A DNA stretch of 64,000 nt from a virus (lineage: Duplodnaviria > Caudoviricetes), in IMG/VR virus record IMGVR_UViG_3300049580_000022, positions 2,017 through 66,016 of that record; one strand, written 5' to 3'. Positions 7,872 through 17,500 of this stretch are shown here, one piece after another. The number at the start of each line of letters is the position of its first letter. Position 1 is the first letter of the stretch. Both the position numbers and the translations under genes were made by a program. The notes beneath the pieces were generated by a model that made no database searches, was not told the origin of the DNA, and saw only the letters and a list, made by a program, of their open reading frames with translations.

Positions 7872-8987
7872 ATGGACCAACACCCCAAAATGCCGGAGGT
7901 AAATTTGTCTCCGGAGAATTTGCCAGCGCATATCACGACCGACGACTTGCATATGGCTGGCTTGCCGCAGGGCATCAAGATGAACAGCGGCCTTGCGCTT
8001 CTTTTCAACAATCCGCTTTACGAGCGCTGCAAAAACGTAGCGGCAGCGATGGCGCGGGCGAAAGGCTTTACGCCAGATCATCTGCTTGGCAACGAAGCGG
8101 CGTGTTTCGCCGTCATCAGTCTGTCGATTGGCTGGAACCTCAACCCCTACATGGTGGCGCGCTCTACCTATCAGACGCCCGGCGGCAATCTTGGATTCGA
8201 GGGGAAATTAATTCAGGCAATTTTGGAGAACAGCGGCGCGATCGAGGGCCGCGTTGAGTTCGAGCATTTCGGAGATTGGGACCGTATCCTTGGCAAGTTC
8301 ACTCTTCAAACCAGCCAGAAAACGAACAAGAAATATCCCGTTCCGGCATGGAAGGAAGAAGACGAAGAAGGGTTGGGCGTCATCGTTCGCGCGCAGGTGC
8401 GCGGCGAAGCCAAGCCGCGCGAAGAGAAGTTCTATCTCAAGGAGTTCTGGCCGCGCAATTCCACGCTCTGGCCGCTGCGTCCCAAACAGCAGATTTGCTA
8501 CGCGAGCGTGCGCGCCTTCTCCAACATCGCAACGCCTGGGTTGCTGATGGGCATTCCCTTCGATGTGGACCCCACGGACTTCTACTCCGGCGAGCCAATG
8601 CAGGAGTTGAATCCACGTCCCGCGCGCCCGGAGCGCAACGAGTTCGTCCGCAAAGTCGAAGATATCAAGGATTCTTCGCTCACGTCTGGCGAAAAAGAGC
8701 CGGAGAAGGAAGAGCCGCAAGATGTCACAACGCAGGAGGATTCCGTCGAGGCCGAAGACGAAAGCCAGGATGGTCATACGGCGGAGTCGCAGGAAGAAAC
8801 CGCGCTTGATCGTGGCAAGCGCATCCTTGCCAGCCTTACCAAGGTGACGGACATCGCGAGCCTTCGCGAGACGATCCGTGAAGAACTTGAAGACGACGCC
8901 GATCTGGTGGAGTGGACGAAGGTTTGCAATGCACGGTCGGACGCTCTGATGTCGAAGGCGCCGGGCGCGAAGAACAAGAAAAAATGA
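7872..8987 (+). CDS. recT: RecT-family single-strand annealing protein
   Basis: PDHLLGNEAACFAVISLSIGWNLNPYMVARSTY...GFEGKLIQAIL...RNSTLWPLRPKQQICYASVRAF; acidic C-terminal tail. Confidence 0.8.
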   Translation: MDQHPKMPEVNLSPENLPAHITTDDLHMAGLPQGIKMNSGLALLFNNPLYERCKNVAAAMARAKGFTPDHLLGNEAACFAVISLSIGWNLNPYMVARSTYQTPGGNLGFEGKLIQAILENSGAIEGRVEFEHFGDWDRILGKFTLQTSQKTNKKYPVPAWKEEDEEGLGVIVRAQVRGEAKPREEKFYLKEFWPRNSTLWPLRPKQQICYASVRAFSNIATPGLLMGIPFDVDPTDFYSGEPMQELNPRPARPERNEFVRKVEDIKDSSLTSGEKEPEKEEPQDVTTQEDSVEAEDESQDGHTAESQEETALDRGKRILASLTKVTDIASLRETIREELEDDADLVEWTKVCNARSDALMSKAPGAKNKKK

Positions 8988-9400
8988 AAGCGCCGTTCTG
9001 CCCAATGTGTGCGCGCATCTCGCGGCTTACCACAGGTTCGGAAGTCTATCCGCACCGGCCCGATTTGCGCGCCACGCATTACTACAAATGCGACGGCTGC
9101 GGCGGAAGCGTGGGCGTTCATAAAGGAACGCTGCGTCCGCTTGGGACGCCAGCCACCGCCGAACTACGCAGGGCGCGTTCACTCTTGCACGATGAACTTC
9201 TCGACCCGCTTTGGAAGGGCGGCGCGGTATCGCGATCTATCGTCTATGCGTATCTGGCACAACACATGGGGCTTTCCACAAAGAAGATGCATGTTGGCAT
9301 GTTCAATTTGGTTCAATGCCGGGAGGCGTGGAAAATTCTCAAGGGAAAGAAAGCCGCGGATATTCAGGCGTGGAAAAGCAACCAAACAAAAGGCGCGTAG
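8984..9400 (+). CDS. Zinc-finger protein, DUF3268-like
   Basis: CPMC...GSEVYPHRPDL...YKCDGCGGSVGVHKGTLRPLGTPATAELRRAR..H...DPLWK...HVGMF. Confidence 0.8.
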   Translation: MKAPFCPMCARISRLTTGSEVYPHRPDLRATHYYKCDGCGGSVGVHKGTLRPLGTPATAELRRARSLLHDELLDPLWKGGAVSRSIVYAYLAQHMGLSTKKMHVGMFNLVQCREAWKILKGKKAADIQAWKSNQTKGA

Positions 9401-10077
9401 ATGTCCGCAAGCCTCCCGTGTCGGCCCGGCTCAAGCTCCATCCGCAAGGTGTTCGAGGCATCTGCGGATGGTGCGGTCTGCCTGTCACGGAAACCACATC
9501 GAAGCGCGGCTGGCTCAAGTTCTGGCATGATGCCTGCTCTGCTGAGCGTACGATCATTGAACAGCCAGCCGCCGCACGGGAAGCACTCTTCAAACGTGAT
9601 CGCGGGGTGTGCGTGGATTGCGGCGAGGATTGGAGCCAAAAGGTGCGCTTCGTTCCTGAGTTCTACGCGCAGGCATGGCAGCGGGATCGCGCCGAAGAGG
9701 GAGAGTTCTGGACGCTTGGACCGGATGGCAAGAGATTTGTCCACCTATCCCGTGTGCATGGCGCCCCTTACGTCTCTCTCATTACCGTTTCTCTTTGGCA
9801 CGCCGATCACGCCGTTCCGCTTTGGGAGGTCGCACATCTTCCAGATATCAAGCGCCTGGAATATTTCATGCTCGCCAACCTGCTTACACGGTGCGAGCGA
9901 TGCCACATCATCAAGAGCCGTGAGGAAGCGGCGCGGCGGGCGAAGTTTGACCGCATGGCGCAAGAGCGCGTCACAAAATCCCAGCAGAAATTGAAATGGG
10001 GAAGCCGCCCCATGAAAAGCGGCAATCGTTTTCCGCCGCGCGGATCGCGGCCAATGAAGGGGAAAAACCGTGAGTGA
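9370..10077 (+). CDS. HNH endonuclease with zinc-binding motifs (start uncertain)
   Basis: CGWC, LFKRDRGVCVDCG, WHADHAVPL, NLLTRCERCHIIKSREEA. Confidence 0.75.
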   Translation: MEKQPNKRRVDVRKPPVSARLKLHPQGVRGICGWCGLPVTETTSKRGWLKFWHDACSAERTIIEQPAAAREALFKRDRGVCVDCGEDWSQKVRFVPEFYAQAWQRDRAEEGEFWTLGPDGKRFVHLSRVHGAPYVSLITVSLWHADHAVPLWEVAHLPDIKRLEYFMLANLLTRCERCHIIKSREEAARRAKFDRMAQERVTKSQQKLKWGSRPMKSGNRFPPRGSRPMKGKNRE

Positions 10078-10468
10078 GAATATGAGAGGCAAGAGGCGCC
10101 CGTCCGATATAGATATTGCAATCGGTCGGCGGCTTCGTATGGCGCGCGCCATCCACATGAAGAGCCAGACTGATGTTGCAAAGGCTATCGGCCTGACCTT
10201 CCAGCAAATGCAGAAATATGAGAACGGTCTGAACCGCATTTCTGCGGCGACGTTGCTCAAAGTCGCGGCCTATTTTGGCGAAAGCACTTCCTATTTTCTC
10301 GAAGCCATCACTGATGGGGAAGTCTCAGCGGTCAAAGAGCAGAAGAACCTATCGGCAGACATGCTCATGGTGGCGATGAAGCTTGATCGGTTGCCGCCCA
10401 AAGAGCGCAGCGCGATCACGTCGCTAATTCATTCGGTGGATGAGCTTTTGAAGGAGAAATTGGCATGA
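10070..10468 (+). CDS. XRE-family HTH regulator (alphaproteobacterial type)
   Basis: DIAIGRRLRMAR...SQTDVAKAIGLTFQQMQKYENGLNRISAATL. Confidence 0.9.
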   Translation: MSENMRGKRRPSDIDIAIGRRLRMARAIHMKSQTDVAKAIGLTFQQMQKYENGLNRISAATLLKVAAYFGESTSYFLEAITDGEVSAVKEQKNLSADMLMVAMKLDRLPPKERSAITSLIHSVDELLKEKLA

Positions 10469-12180
10469 GCAAGATGGTCATTCCGGGCGCGGCGCTCGAA
10501 CAGCACACCATTGTTCTGGGCAAAACCCGCGCGGGCAAATCCTCGAAGATGCGCTACCTCGTAGAGCATCTGCTGGAAGGCGGCATTCCAACAATCGTGA
10601 TCGATCCCAAGGGTGACTGGTGGGGCATCAAGTCTTCCGCCGATGGCAAGACGCCCGGCTATCCGGTCGTGATCTTCGGCGGCGAACATGCAGACGTTCC
10701 CATCAATGAGCATTCCGGTGCGGCGGTCGCGGAGCTTGTGGCGACAAGCAACCGTCCGTGCGTGATCGACTTGGGCGGCTGGATGGTGCGTCCGCGCACA
10801 CGCTTCTTCATCGACTTCGCCTCCACGCTCTTCAAGCTCACGAAGGGGCGCCGCTGCCTTGTGATTGATGAAGTTCACAACTTCGCACCGCAAGGCAAGG
10901 TGATGGACCCGGAAGCGGGCAAGATGTTGCATTGGGCCAACCGGCTGGCGAGCGAAGGTGCAGGCAAAGGGCTTATCCTATTGTCGGCCTCGCAGCGTCC
11001 CCAGAAGGTGCATAAGGATTTTGTCACATCAAACGAAACGCTGATCGCGTGCCGGGTCATTCACAACCTCGACCGAGGTGCCATCAAGGAGTGGATTGAC
11101 GGCTGTGCTGATCCGGCAATCGGCAAGGAAGTTCTCACGGGCTTGGCGCAATTGCAGCGTCCGCAAGCCTATGTGTGGTCGCCGGAGATTGGCTTCGGTC
11201 CCAAGCTGGTGGAGTTTCCGCTGTTCTCCACCTACGATTCCTTCAAGCCGCAGGATCATCGGACAGGCAGCTTGAAAGGCTGGGCATCGGTCGATTTGGC
11301 GGATGTGAAAGACAAGCTTGCCAAGGTGGTTGAAGAAGCCAAGGCGAACGATCCGAAAGAACTCAAGGCCAAGGTCGCAAGCTTGGAGAAGGCGCTTGCG
11401 GAAAAGAACGCCGTGAAGACGGTGGATGAGGGCACGGTCACGGATGCGCACAACAGCGGATATGAAACCGGTTATTTGAAAGGGCATGAAGATGGTTTCA
11501 AACTTGCGGCCAACGCGATGGTGAAGAATGCCGCCGATGTGATTGCAGCCGTCCGCATCGTTCCTCCCGAATATGTGGTGCCAAATGCAATTCCGCAGAT
11601 GACAAGTGGCGCGAGAAAGAAGCTCGTTCCTCAATCAACAGAATCCCAAGTGCCCGTTTCAACGCAGGCGGCGGCTTCGCGTTTCCATCTGAGTCAAGCG
11701 CGCGCTACGAAAGTGGATGGTATCAGCGCGCCTATGCAACGCATCCTGAACTCAGTCGGGTTCTGGAATTCGGTTGGCACACCGCAGCCCTCCCGCGCGC
11801 AAGTCGCTGTCGTTGCCGGTTACAGCCCAAGCTCCGGCGGTTTCAACAATCTGGTCGGCAAGCTCAATACCGAAGGTCTGTTGCGCATTCCTGGCGCAGG
11901 CCGTGTTGAATTGACGGAGAATGCGCCATGCGAAATCATGGGTGGCAGCGATGCGGTAAGCAAGCTGCGCTCCGTTCTGAGCGCGCCACAGCAAAAGCTT
12001 GTCGATAGTATGGGGTCGGAAGCCATGACGCGCGAGCAACTGGCGAGCCTCACTGGTTATTCTGCGGCAAGCGGAGGTTTTAACAATCTCATTGGATCGC
12101 TCTGCACTCTCACGGTCTTTACCAAACCTGCGGCGGGGTTCGTGGAGCTATCCGATTGGGCAAAGGAGGTTCTGCTGTAA
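10465..12180 (+). CDS. HerA/DUF87-like P-loop ATPase with tandem C-terminal winged-helix repeats
   Basis: Walker A GKTRAGKS; IVIDPKGDWWG; Walker B LVIDEVHNFAPQ; ASQRPQKVHK; two GYSxxSGGFNNLxG repeats. Confidence 0.8.
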   Translation: MSKMVIPGAALEQHTIVLGKTRAGKSSKMRYLVEHLLEGGIPTIVIDPKGDWWGIKSSADGKTPGYPVVIFGGEHADVPINEHSGAAVAELVATSNRPCVIDLGGWMVRPRTRFFIDFASTLFKLTKGRRCLVIDEVHNFAPQGKVMDPEAGKMLHWANRLASEGAGKGLILLSASQRPQKVHKDFVTSNETLIACRVIHNLDRGAIKEWIDGCADPAIGKEVLTGLAQLQRPQAYVWSPEIGFGPKLVEFPLFSTYDSFKPQDHRTGSLKGWASVDLADVKDKLAKVVEEAKANDPKELKAKVASLEKALAEKNAVKTVDEGTVTDAHNSGYETGYLKGHEDGFKLAANAMVKNAADVIAAVRIVPPEYVVPNAIPQMTSGARKKLVPQSTESQVPVSTQAAASRFHLSQARATKVDGISAPMQRILNSVGFWNSVGTPQPSRAQVAVVAGYSPSSGGFNNLVGKLNTEGLLRIPGAGRVELTENAPCEIMGGSDAVSKLRSVLSAPQQKLVDSMGSEAMTREQLASLTGYSAASGGFNNLIGSLCTLTVFTKPAAGFVELSDWAKEVLL

Positions 12181-12356
12181 TGGGAAAAGCAACCGGTCAT
12201 CCGAAGTGCAAGCTGTGTGGCGAAGAGCATCCTCTCGGTCGCTGCCCGAAGTTCTACAAATCGTCGCTGGCCGATAAGGTCCGTGAGATTGAGCGCCGCC
12301 CGCCGAAGCCAAAAAAGAAAAAGCCGGGGAAGCGCAAGGCCGCCCCGGCTGAATAA
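12180..12356 (+). CDS. Small basic CCHC zinc-knuckle protein
   Basis: CKLCGEEHPLGRC, Lys-rich tail, TAATG coupling to the ATPase. Confidence 0.6.
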   Translation: MGKATGHPKCKLCGEEHPLGRCPKFYKSSLADKVREIERRPPKPKKKKPGKRKAAPAE

Positions 12357-12374
12357 ACTGGCGGGATTATCCCG

Positions 12375-12677
12375 TCAGGTCTGGTTGCCCATCTTGGCGG
12401 TCGTGGCGTCGATCCACGCGCCAAGAAGCTGGCGACCCACCTTGTCCAGTTCGGTTTTCTCTTCGCCCAGCCACGTTGTCTCTGCGGCGTTGAGGGCGTC
12501 CGCCGCCGAGCCGCCGGCCGCCAGCACCTTGTTGGCCGCTGCCAGCGCATCGTGCAGGATCGTTACCTGATCGTCGGGCATTTCGTTGATGATGAGATTG
12601 ATGGTCGTGGCGACACGCGACCAAACCGAAATCGCGGCATTCGCGAACAGTGCCAGCACAGTCTTTATCCAATCCAT
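12375..12677 (-). CDS. Hypothetical protein, last gene of the late operon
   Basis: AAAGGA upstream of the ATG; amphipathic, Ala-rich. Confidence 0.65.
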   Translation of the reverse strand: MDWIKTVLALFANAAISVWSRVATTINLIINEMPDDQVTILHDALAAANKVLAAGGSAADALNAAETTWLGEEKTELDKVGRQLLGAWIDATTAKMGNQT

Positions 12678-12740
12678 GTTGAACAGTCCTTTCTTTCGTT
12701 CACCCCACATCGGGGCGGCCCGAAAGTCATGCCATACCGG

Positions 12741-12989
12741 CTAGCTGTTCTCAAACTGGCAGCGGCGGATTTTCTGCTTGAGGGCTGGAAGCTCTTGGCT
12801 TTGCAAGGTGTGGAGCGCGTGGGCGCTGTTCCACAGCTTGGGCATATTCGATACCTGGTAGTTTATCGAACACGCTCCCCACCCGATGATGAACGCCATG
12901 CCAAGATAGGCCAGATGGGTAAGAACTTCGTCGCGCCGTGCCCACTTGCCCGGCTTCGGATTGCCCTTTTGCGCCGTCATCGTCTGCAT
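12741..12989 (-). CDS. Single-TM protein in the lysis region
   Basis: Hydrophobic LAYLGMAFIIGWGAC segment. Confidence 0.55.
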   Translation of the reverse strand: MQTMTAQKGNPKPGKWARRDEVLTHLAYLGMAFIIGWGACSINYQVSNMPKLWNSAHALHTLQSQELPALKQKIRRCQFENS

Positions 12990-12992
12990 GTC

Positions 12993-13418
12993 TCAGCCTC
13001 CTTCCGGCGGTTGCGGTGCTGGCGCTGCTGGGACACCGCGGGCATGGAGCGCGCCGCTTATGAAATCCACAAGCTGTGCAACGCTCTTCGGCCCGGAGAA
13101 ACCCAGCAATGACAACGCCATCACGGCAAACGCATCTACGGACCAATGGATGCTTTGAAGGAACGCAAGATACAGAATTGTCACAAAGGGCGCGCCGAAG
13201 ATGCCACAGCCAATCCAGGCGAGGCTCCGGGCAAGCTGCACCTTGTCACCACGTTCGAGCGTCTTTTGCATTTCCAGCATTCCGCGCCCGATGACACCGA
13301 TGGCCGCAAAGAGCGTGCCGATGGCGATGTCTTCCAGAGAAACCCCGAAGGGTGCAGAGCTAAACCACGCGGCGAAGCCTAGCGCGGTTGCGGTCTTGGC
13401 GGGCGACGTGGTGAACAT
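12993..13418 (-). CDS. Multi-TM protein, holin candidate
   Basis: Three to four hydrophobic segments; lies downstream of the spanins and the putative endolysin. Confidence 0.55.
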   Translation of the reverse strand: MFTTSPAKTATALGFAAWFSSAPFGVSLEDIAIGTLFAAIGVIGRGMLEMQKTLERGDKVQLARSLAWIGCGIFGAPFVTILYLAFLQSIHWSVDAFAVMALSLLGFSGPKSVAQLVDFISGALHARGVPAAPAPQPPEGG

Positions 13419-13509
13419 GACCGGCGCTTCCTTGTGAAAGAGGATGAGGCCGGATGGCGAAGGAAAAGGTGGAACGTCGCTCCGGCCTTCTTTCTTTCGT
13501 CGTCGTCTT

Positions 13510-13881
13510 TTACTGCGCAGGCTGGCAGAGCGCCCCGATGGCTGCGTTATTCAGCTTCACCCGCAGAATCGTGTCGTCTGTATCTCCCACGATATGCCGC
13601 ACAGCGCCAGCCCAATCCCGCTCATTGAGCGCGGCCAGCACATCTTCCTTCGTGAGGTCTTGCACGCCAGTCGCAGTGATCTTGCCCAGATGGTAATGGA
13701 TGATCTTCACTTCATCGCAGACGAAGGCGCGCAGCGGGATCGAGGCGTTGGGAACCGGATTAACTGACGCCATCGGCACCGCGGCTTGCTGCGTCCCCAT
13801 CAGGCTCGCGCACCCGTTCAGGGTGAGAAGCGATGTCAGAATCGACACGATCACGCGCTTGTTGTGCAAGGTCGATTTCAT
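13510..13881 (-). CDS. Lipoprotein, o-spanin (Rz1-like)
   Basis: MKSTLHNKRVIVSILTSLLTLNG-C lipobox; overlaps the Rz-like gene; GGAC/GGAG-rich leader. Confidence 0.65.
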   Translation of the reverse strand: MKSTLHNKRVIVSILTSLLTLNGCASLMGTQQAAVPMASVNPVPNASIPLRAFVCDEVKIIHYHLGKITATGVQDLTKEDVLAALNERDWAGAVRHIVGDTDDTILRVKLNNAAIGALCQPAQ

Positions 13882-14032
13882 GGAGTCCCTCTTGTGCGAT
13901 GGCCGATTGTGTCTTGACGGTCCCAAGCTCTTCGCCGGTCTTTTGTGCCAGGGCAACCGGGTCGGCGGCTTTGGAATAGCCGAACAATCCCAAGACGAAA
14001 TTGAGCGCGGTGCCGATCCAACTGAGATTCAT
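13760..14032 (-). CDS. i-spanin (Rz-like)
   Basis: N-terminal TM helix then a helical domain; ATGA-coupled to the endolysin candidate. Confidence 0.6.
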   Translation of the reverse strand: MNLSWIGTALNFVLGLFGYSKAADPVALAQKTGEELGTVKTQSAIAQEGLHEIDLAQQARDRVDSDIASHPERVREPDGDAASRGADGVS

Positions 14033-14502
14033 TTCGGAACATCCTTTACGTCGAGCCACGCTTCGCCGCCGTCAATCGCCTTGTAGAACAGCGGGTAGAT
14101 TTCTTCAAAGGCTGGCATACTTGTGCCCGGCGGTATCTGATAGCCGTTCGGCGTTTCGGCAATTCCCGGTGTGACTTTCCCGGTGCCCAGACATCCGAGC
14201 AAATCCGTGTAGCGGTTGGCGGTATGGATGAGAATGGCGGTGCGTCCCGGCACCTGTGAGACTTCCACCATGTTGCGATACCAGCGCGGGAAGCGCGCCT
14301 TATAGCGGGCATCGAAGCGACTCCCGCCGGGCTTGTGAATAAGCGGGTATCGGCCAGCGGGGATGCAGGGATGATCCATGGGCGCCGGGCCGCGCTCCAA
14401 GATCGTGGCAATGAGGCGATCCCTGCCGTCGCGCAACTCGCCCCAGGTCGAAACCTTGTCATGCCCCCGGCGCTGTAGCGTAAAGGTCGTAATGACGGTC
14501 AT
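14029..14502 (-). CDS. DUF5675-family protein, putative endolysin
   Basis: TILERGP...CIPAGRYPL...VPGRTAILIHTAN...DLLGCLGTG; first gene of the lysis cassette. Confidence 0.75.
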   Translation of the reverse strand: MTVITTFTLQRRGHDKVSTWGELRDGRDRLIATILERGPAPMDHPCIPAGRYPLIHKPGGSRFDARYKARFPRWYRNMVEVSQVPGRTAILIHTANRYTDLLGCLGTGKVTPGIAETPNGYQIPPGTSMPAFEEIYPLFYKAIDGGEAWLDVKDVPK

Positions 14503-14515
14503 GCGATACCCTTTC

Positions 14516-17500
14516 TCACGCGGCCTTCAAAAGCCGGTCTTGTAAGTCTGGCCGCAAGGGATAGCGCGCCTCACGCAAAAGCGCAGCCGTCTCAGGCTGG
14601 CCCGCGTCGGTCGCGGCCTGAATGGCATCCTCCCGGCTCCATGTCGCCCCGGAGGCCGCGTAGCGGGTCAGGTTGCCCGTTTGGAGCGCGGCCTTGAGGT
14701 TGGGTGCCGGAAGGGCCGAACGCTGATCCTGAGCCTGCGCTGGGGCTGTGGCAGGCTTCGGCGTGGGCGTCTGCCCCGGCTCAAGCCCCTTCTCAATGTA
14801 GAGCTTGTTGAAGCCGGAGATGATCCGGTCGGAGGCCGCGTTAAACCGGTCGAGGCTCTGCTGGTAGCTATCCTTGGAGATTTCGTTGCGGTCGTAGCGC
14901 AGGCGGATGGCCGCCTTGTCCTTGTTGATCTTCGACAACATCGTGCGCGCCCGGTTGGCGACGTTCGACAGGGACAGGAGCGTTTGCTCCTGCTTCACGA
15001 ATGCGCGCGCGCCTTCGGGATCGCGGTTCTTCCGATAGGCTTTCAGGTAGGCAAGCTGCTGATCCACCTCTTGCGCGCGGTCATAGAAAAGAGAGCGGTC
15101 GATGGACTTGCTGGGGGCGCCCACAAGACGCCGGGCGAACGGCACATCGTTCCATGTGAATTCTGCCGCCGGGTCGGTCATCTTTTGCCACAGGTCGGCA
15201 TTGCGCAGATAGAAGCTGCCCGCCGCGCCCGTCGCCTGTCCGAACATATATTCGAGGACTTCGGGAGATACATCGATCGCGCCGGGACGCACTTCATCGC
15301 CACCGCTGATCTTGTTGAGGAAGTCCGTCACGTCTTTGGCGACCGGCGACACGCTATTCCAATAGCGCTGATTTTGCGGAACCTCCGGGCCGAATTGCTT
15401 TTGATCCGGCATGATGGGCCGGTCGGCATAATCGCGGTTGCGCACAAGGTCCACGATGGGATCGGCCACCGTGGGCGCGAGGAAGTTCAAGATGCTGCCC
15501 GTGCCGCCCACCGGATTGAAGGCGTCCACCGTGGAGGAAACGAGGCTGGACATAACGTCCGAGAACCGCTTGCCGCGGTAAAGCTCCACACCCGAACGGC
15601 CCACATTGAAGAAGGTGCCGTATCCGTATGGCAATGGGATTTTGAAGAACGCGCCCTTATCGGAGGTCGGGTCCATGATGATGAGGTTATGGTTTTTGTC
15701 ATAGTCGCTGATCTTGTCGTAGAAAAGCTGGCCGTCCTTGTCCTTCTGGCTGCTCATGCTGTTCATCACTTCGAGCGCCGCGCCCGTCGCCACCGCGCCA
15801 TACATGAGCTTGCGCACCGCCGGAGAGCGAAGCGCGTGAAGCATCGTCGCGGTGCCCTGCATACTGGCGTTGAAGAACATGTAAAAGCTGTTCATCAACG
15901 GGCCGTAGGTGCCGCGGCGATTGAAGTTGATGGTGAGATTTTTGGCGAGGCTCGCGGCCCGCGCCGGCGACAATCCGGCCTCGCGCGCGTTCTTGTAAGC
16001 CGCCAAGCGGATGCCGTTTTCCACGCCGTTGTTCACACGCTCCACGGTCTGGAAGACGGCCTTGATGGCCTTGCGCGCGCTCGCGCCCGGCTTTGCATCA
16101 CGGAACGCCGTCTCTAGACGATGGCGCTGCGAGGCGATGTCATCCATGCGATTGAAATACACCCGGCCACCGTTGGCACGGAACTCATGCGCGTATTCGC
16201 TCCACTTGCCTTTGTCGTGTCCGAACTCATGTTGCAATGAGGCTTTGAGCGCAGGCAGATAATCGCGCAGCACGCCGCGGCGCAGACCCTTGAGGCCATG
16301 CTGGCCGAGATTGAAGGTCGCCTCCTGCAAATCGCGGAATGCGTTGCTGATGACAAACTCCGGGTTAAAGGAGGTGTTCACCGTCGAGAGGAAGCGCGTG
16401 ATGGAACCAGCGAAGCGCACCACGAAACGCAATTGATCCTCGTCCAGAGAACGCATGGAACGCGCCAGCCGCACCGCCGCCGGATTATGACGGCTCATGG
16501 TGACGCGATGCTCTTGCCCGTCGATCTTGGCCGAGACGGTATAATCCTTGTCTTCCGCCAAAAGCTTGTCGGTGGTTTCTGTCCGCACCTCTCCTGTGCG
16601 CTTGTCGAAGACGCGGCGCTTGGAGAGCTTGTTGACCTTCCAGAAATCCGGCTCCTTCGCACCTTCGGCCAACTTCACGAATGCCTGAGCGACACGGTTT
16701 TTCTCACCGCGCAGGATGGCTTCCTCAGCCTGCATGATGACGTAGGGCAGAATATCGCGCGCCTTGGTGCGGCGCCCGAAGGCCATTTGGCTTTCCTTGC
16801 CGCGGATGTTGATGCCCTGCCCCGTGCGCGGACGTTCCGCGCCAAGCTCCGGGTCGGCCATCGGATCGCCACGGAGCGGAACATAGTTCTTGTAGGTCGC
16901 GCGCCATTTGTCGGCGTCGGCCCGCGAGAGAAGCCCGGAGTCCACACGCTCCTTCATCGCGAAGTCCAGGATGTCATCTACTTGCTTGGCGAGAGCTTGA
17001 AGCTGGTCGAGCTTCCCGGATTGCTTCGCTGCGTCCATGATCGTGGCGGCTTCCGCGTCCGTCATGCCGGAGCCTGCGCCCTCTTCCTTGAGCATGTCGC
17101 CACGAAACTCGGGATTGATCTTGGCAATGCGCGCGTTGCGCTCCGGCGCATGGCGGGCATAGAGGAAGGCTTCCAGTTCCGGGACCGTCACGCCCGCTTG
17201 GTGCATTCCCTCCACAAGCGGACGCACCATGTTTTCGCTTAAGTCTTCAAGCTTCGCGCCCTTGCGACCGGTGGAAAGCTCTTCGGTCAGATAAGGATTT
17301 TCGTCTTCCGCGAGCTTGCGGCGGAATTGGGTTTCGATGGCGTTCTGCACGCGCAAGAGGGGCAAGAATTTATCTTGCAACGCCGTGCGCCAGCGGTCAG
17401 TGGTTTCCTGAATGACTGCCGGGGACGCACCCATCTTGAGGCGATCCATCAGGGACAGATTATGCGCGGCCAGAACTTCGCCTAACGAAGGGTCGGGCGC

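Noticed and set aside
14681-16117. Long plus-strand ORFs opposite the late genes (also 6249-7502, 27276-28457, 47616-48764 and similar)
   Set aside because: Antisense shadows of high-GC coding genes, with no recognisable motifs.
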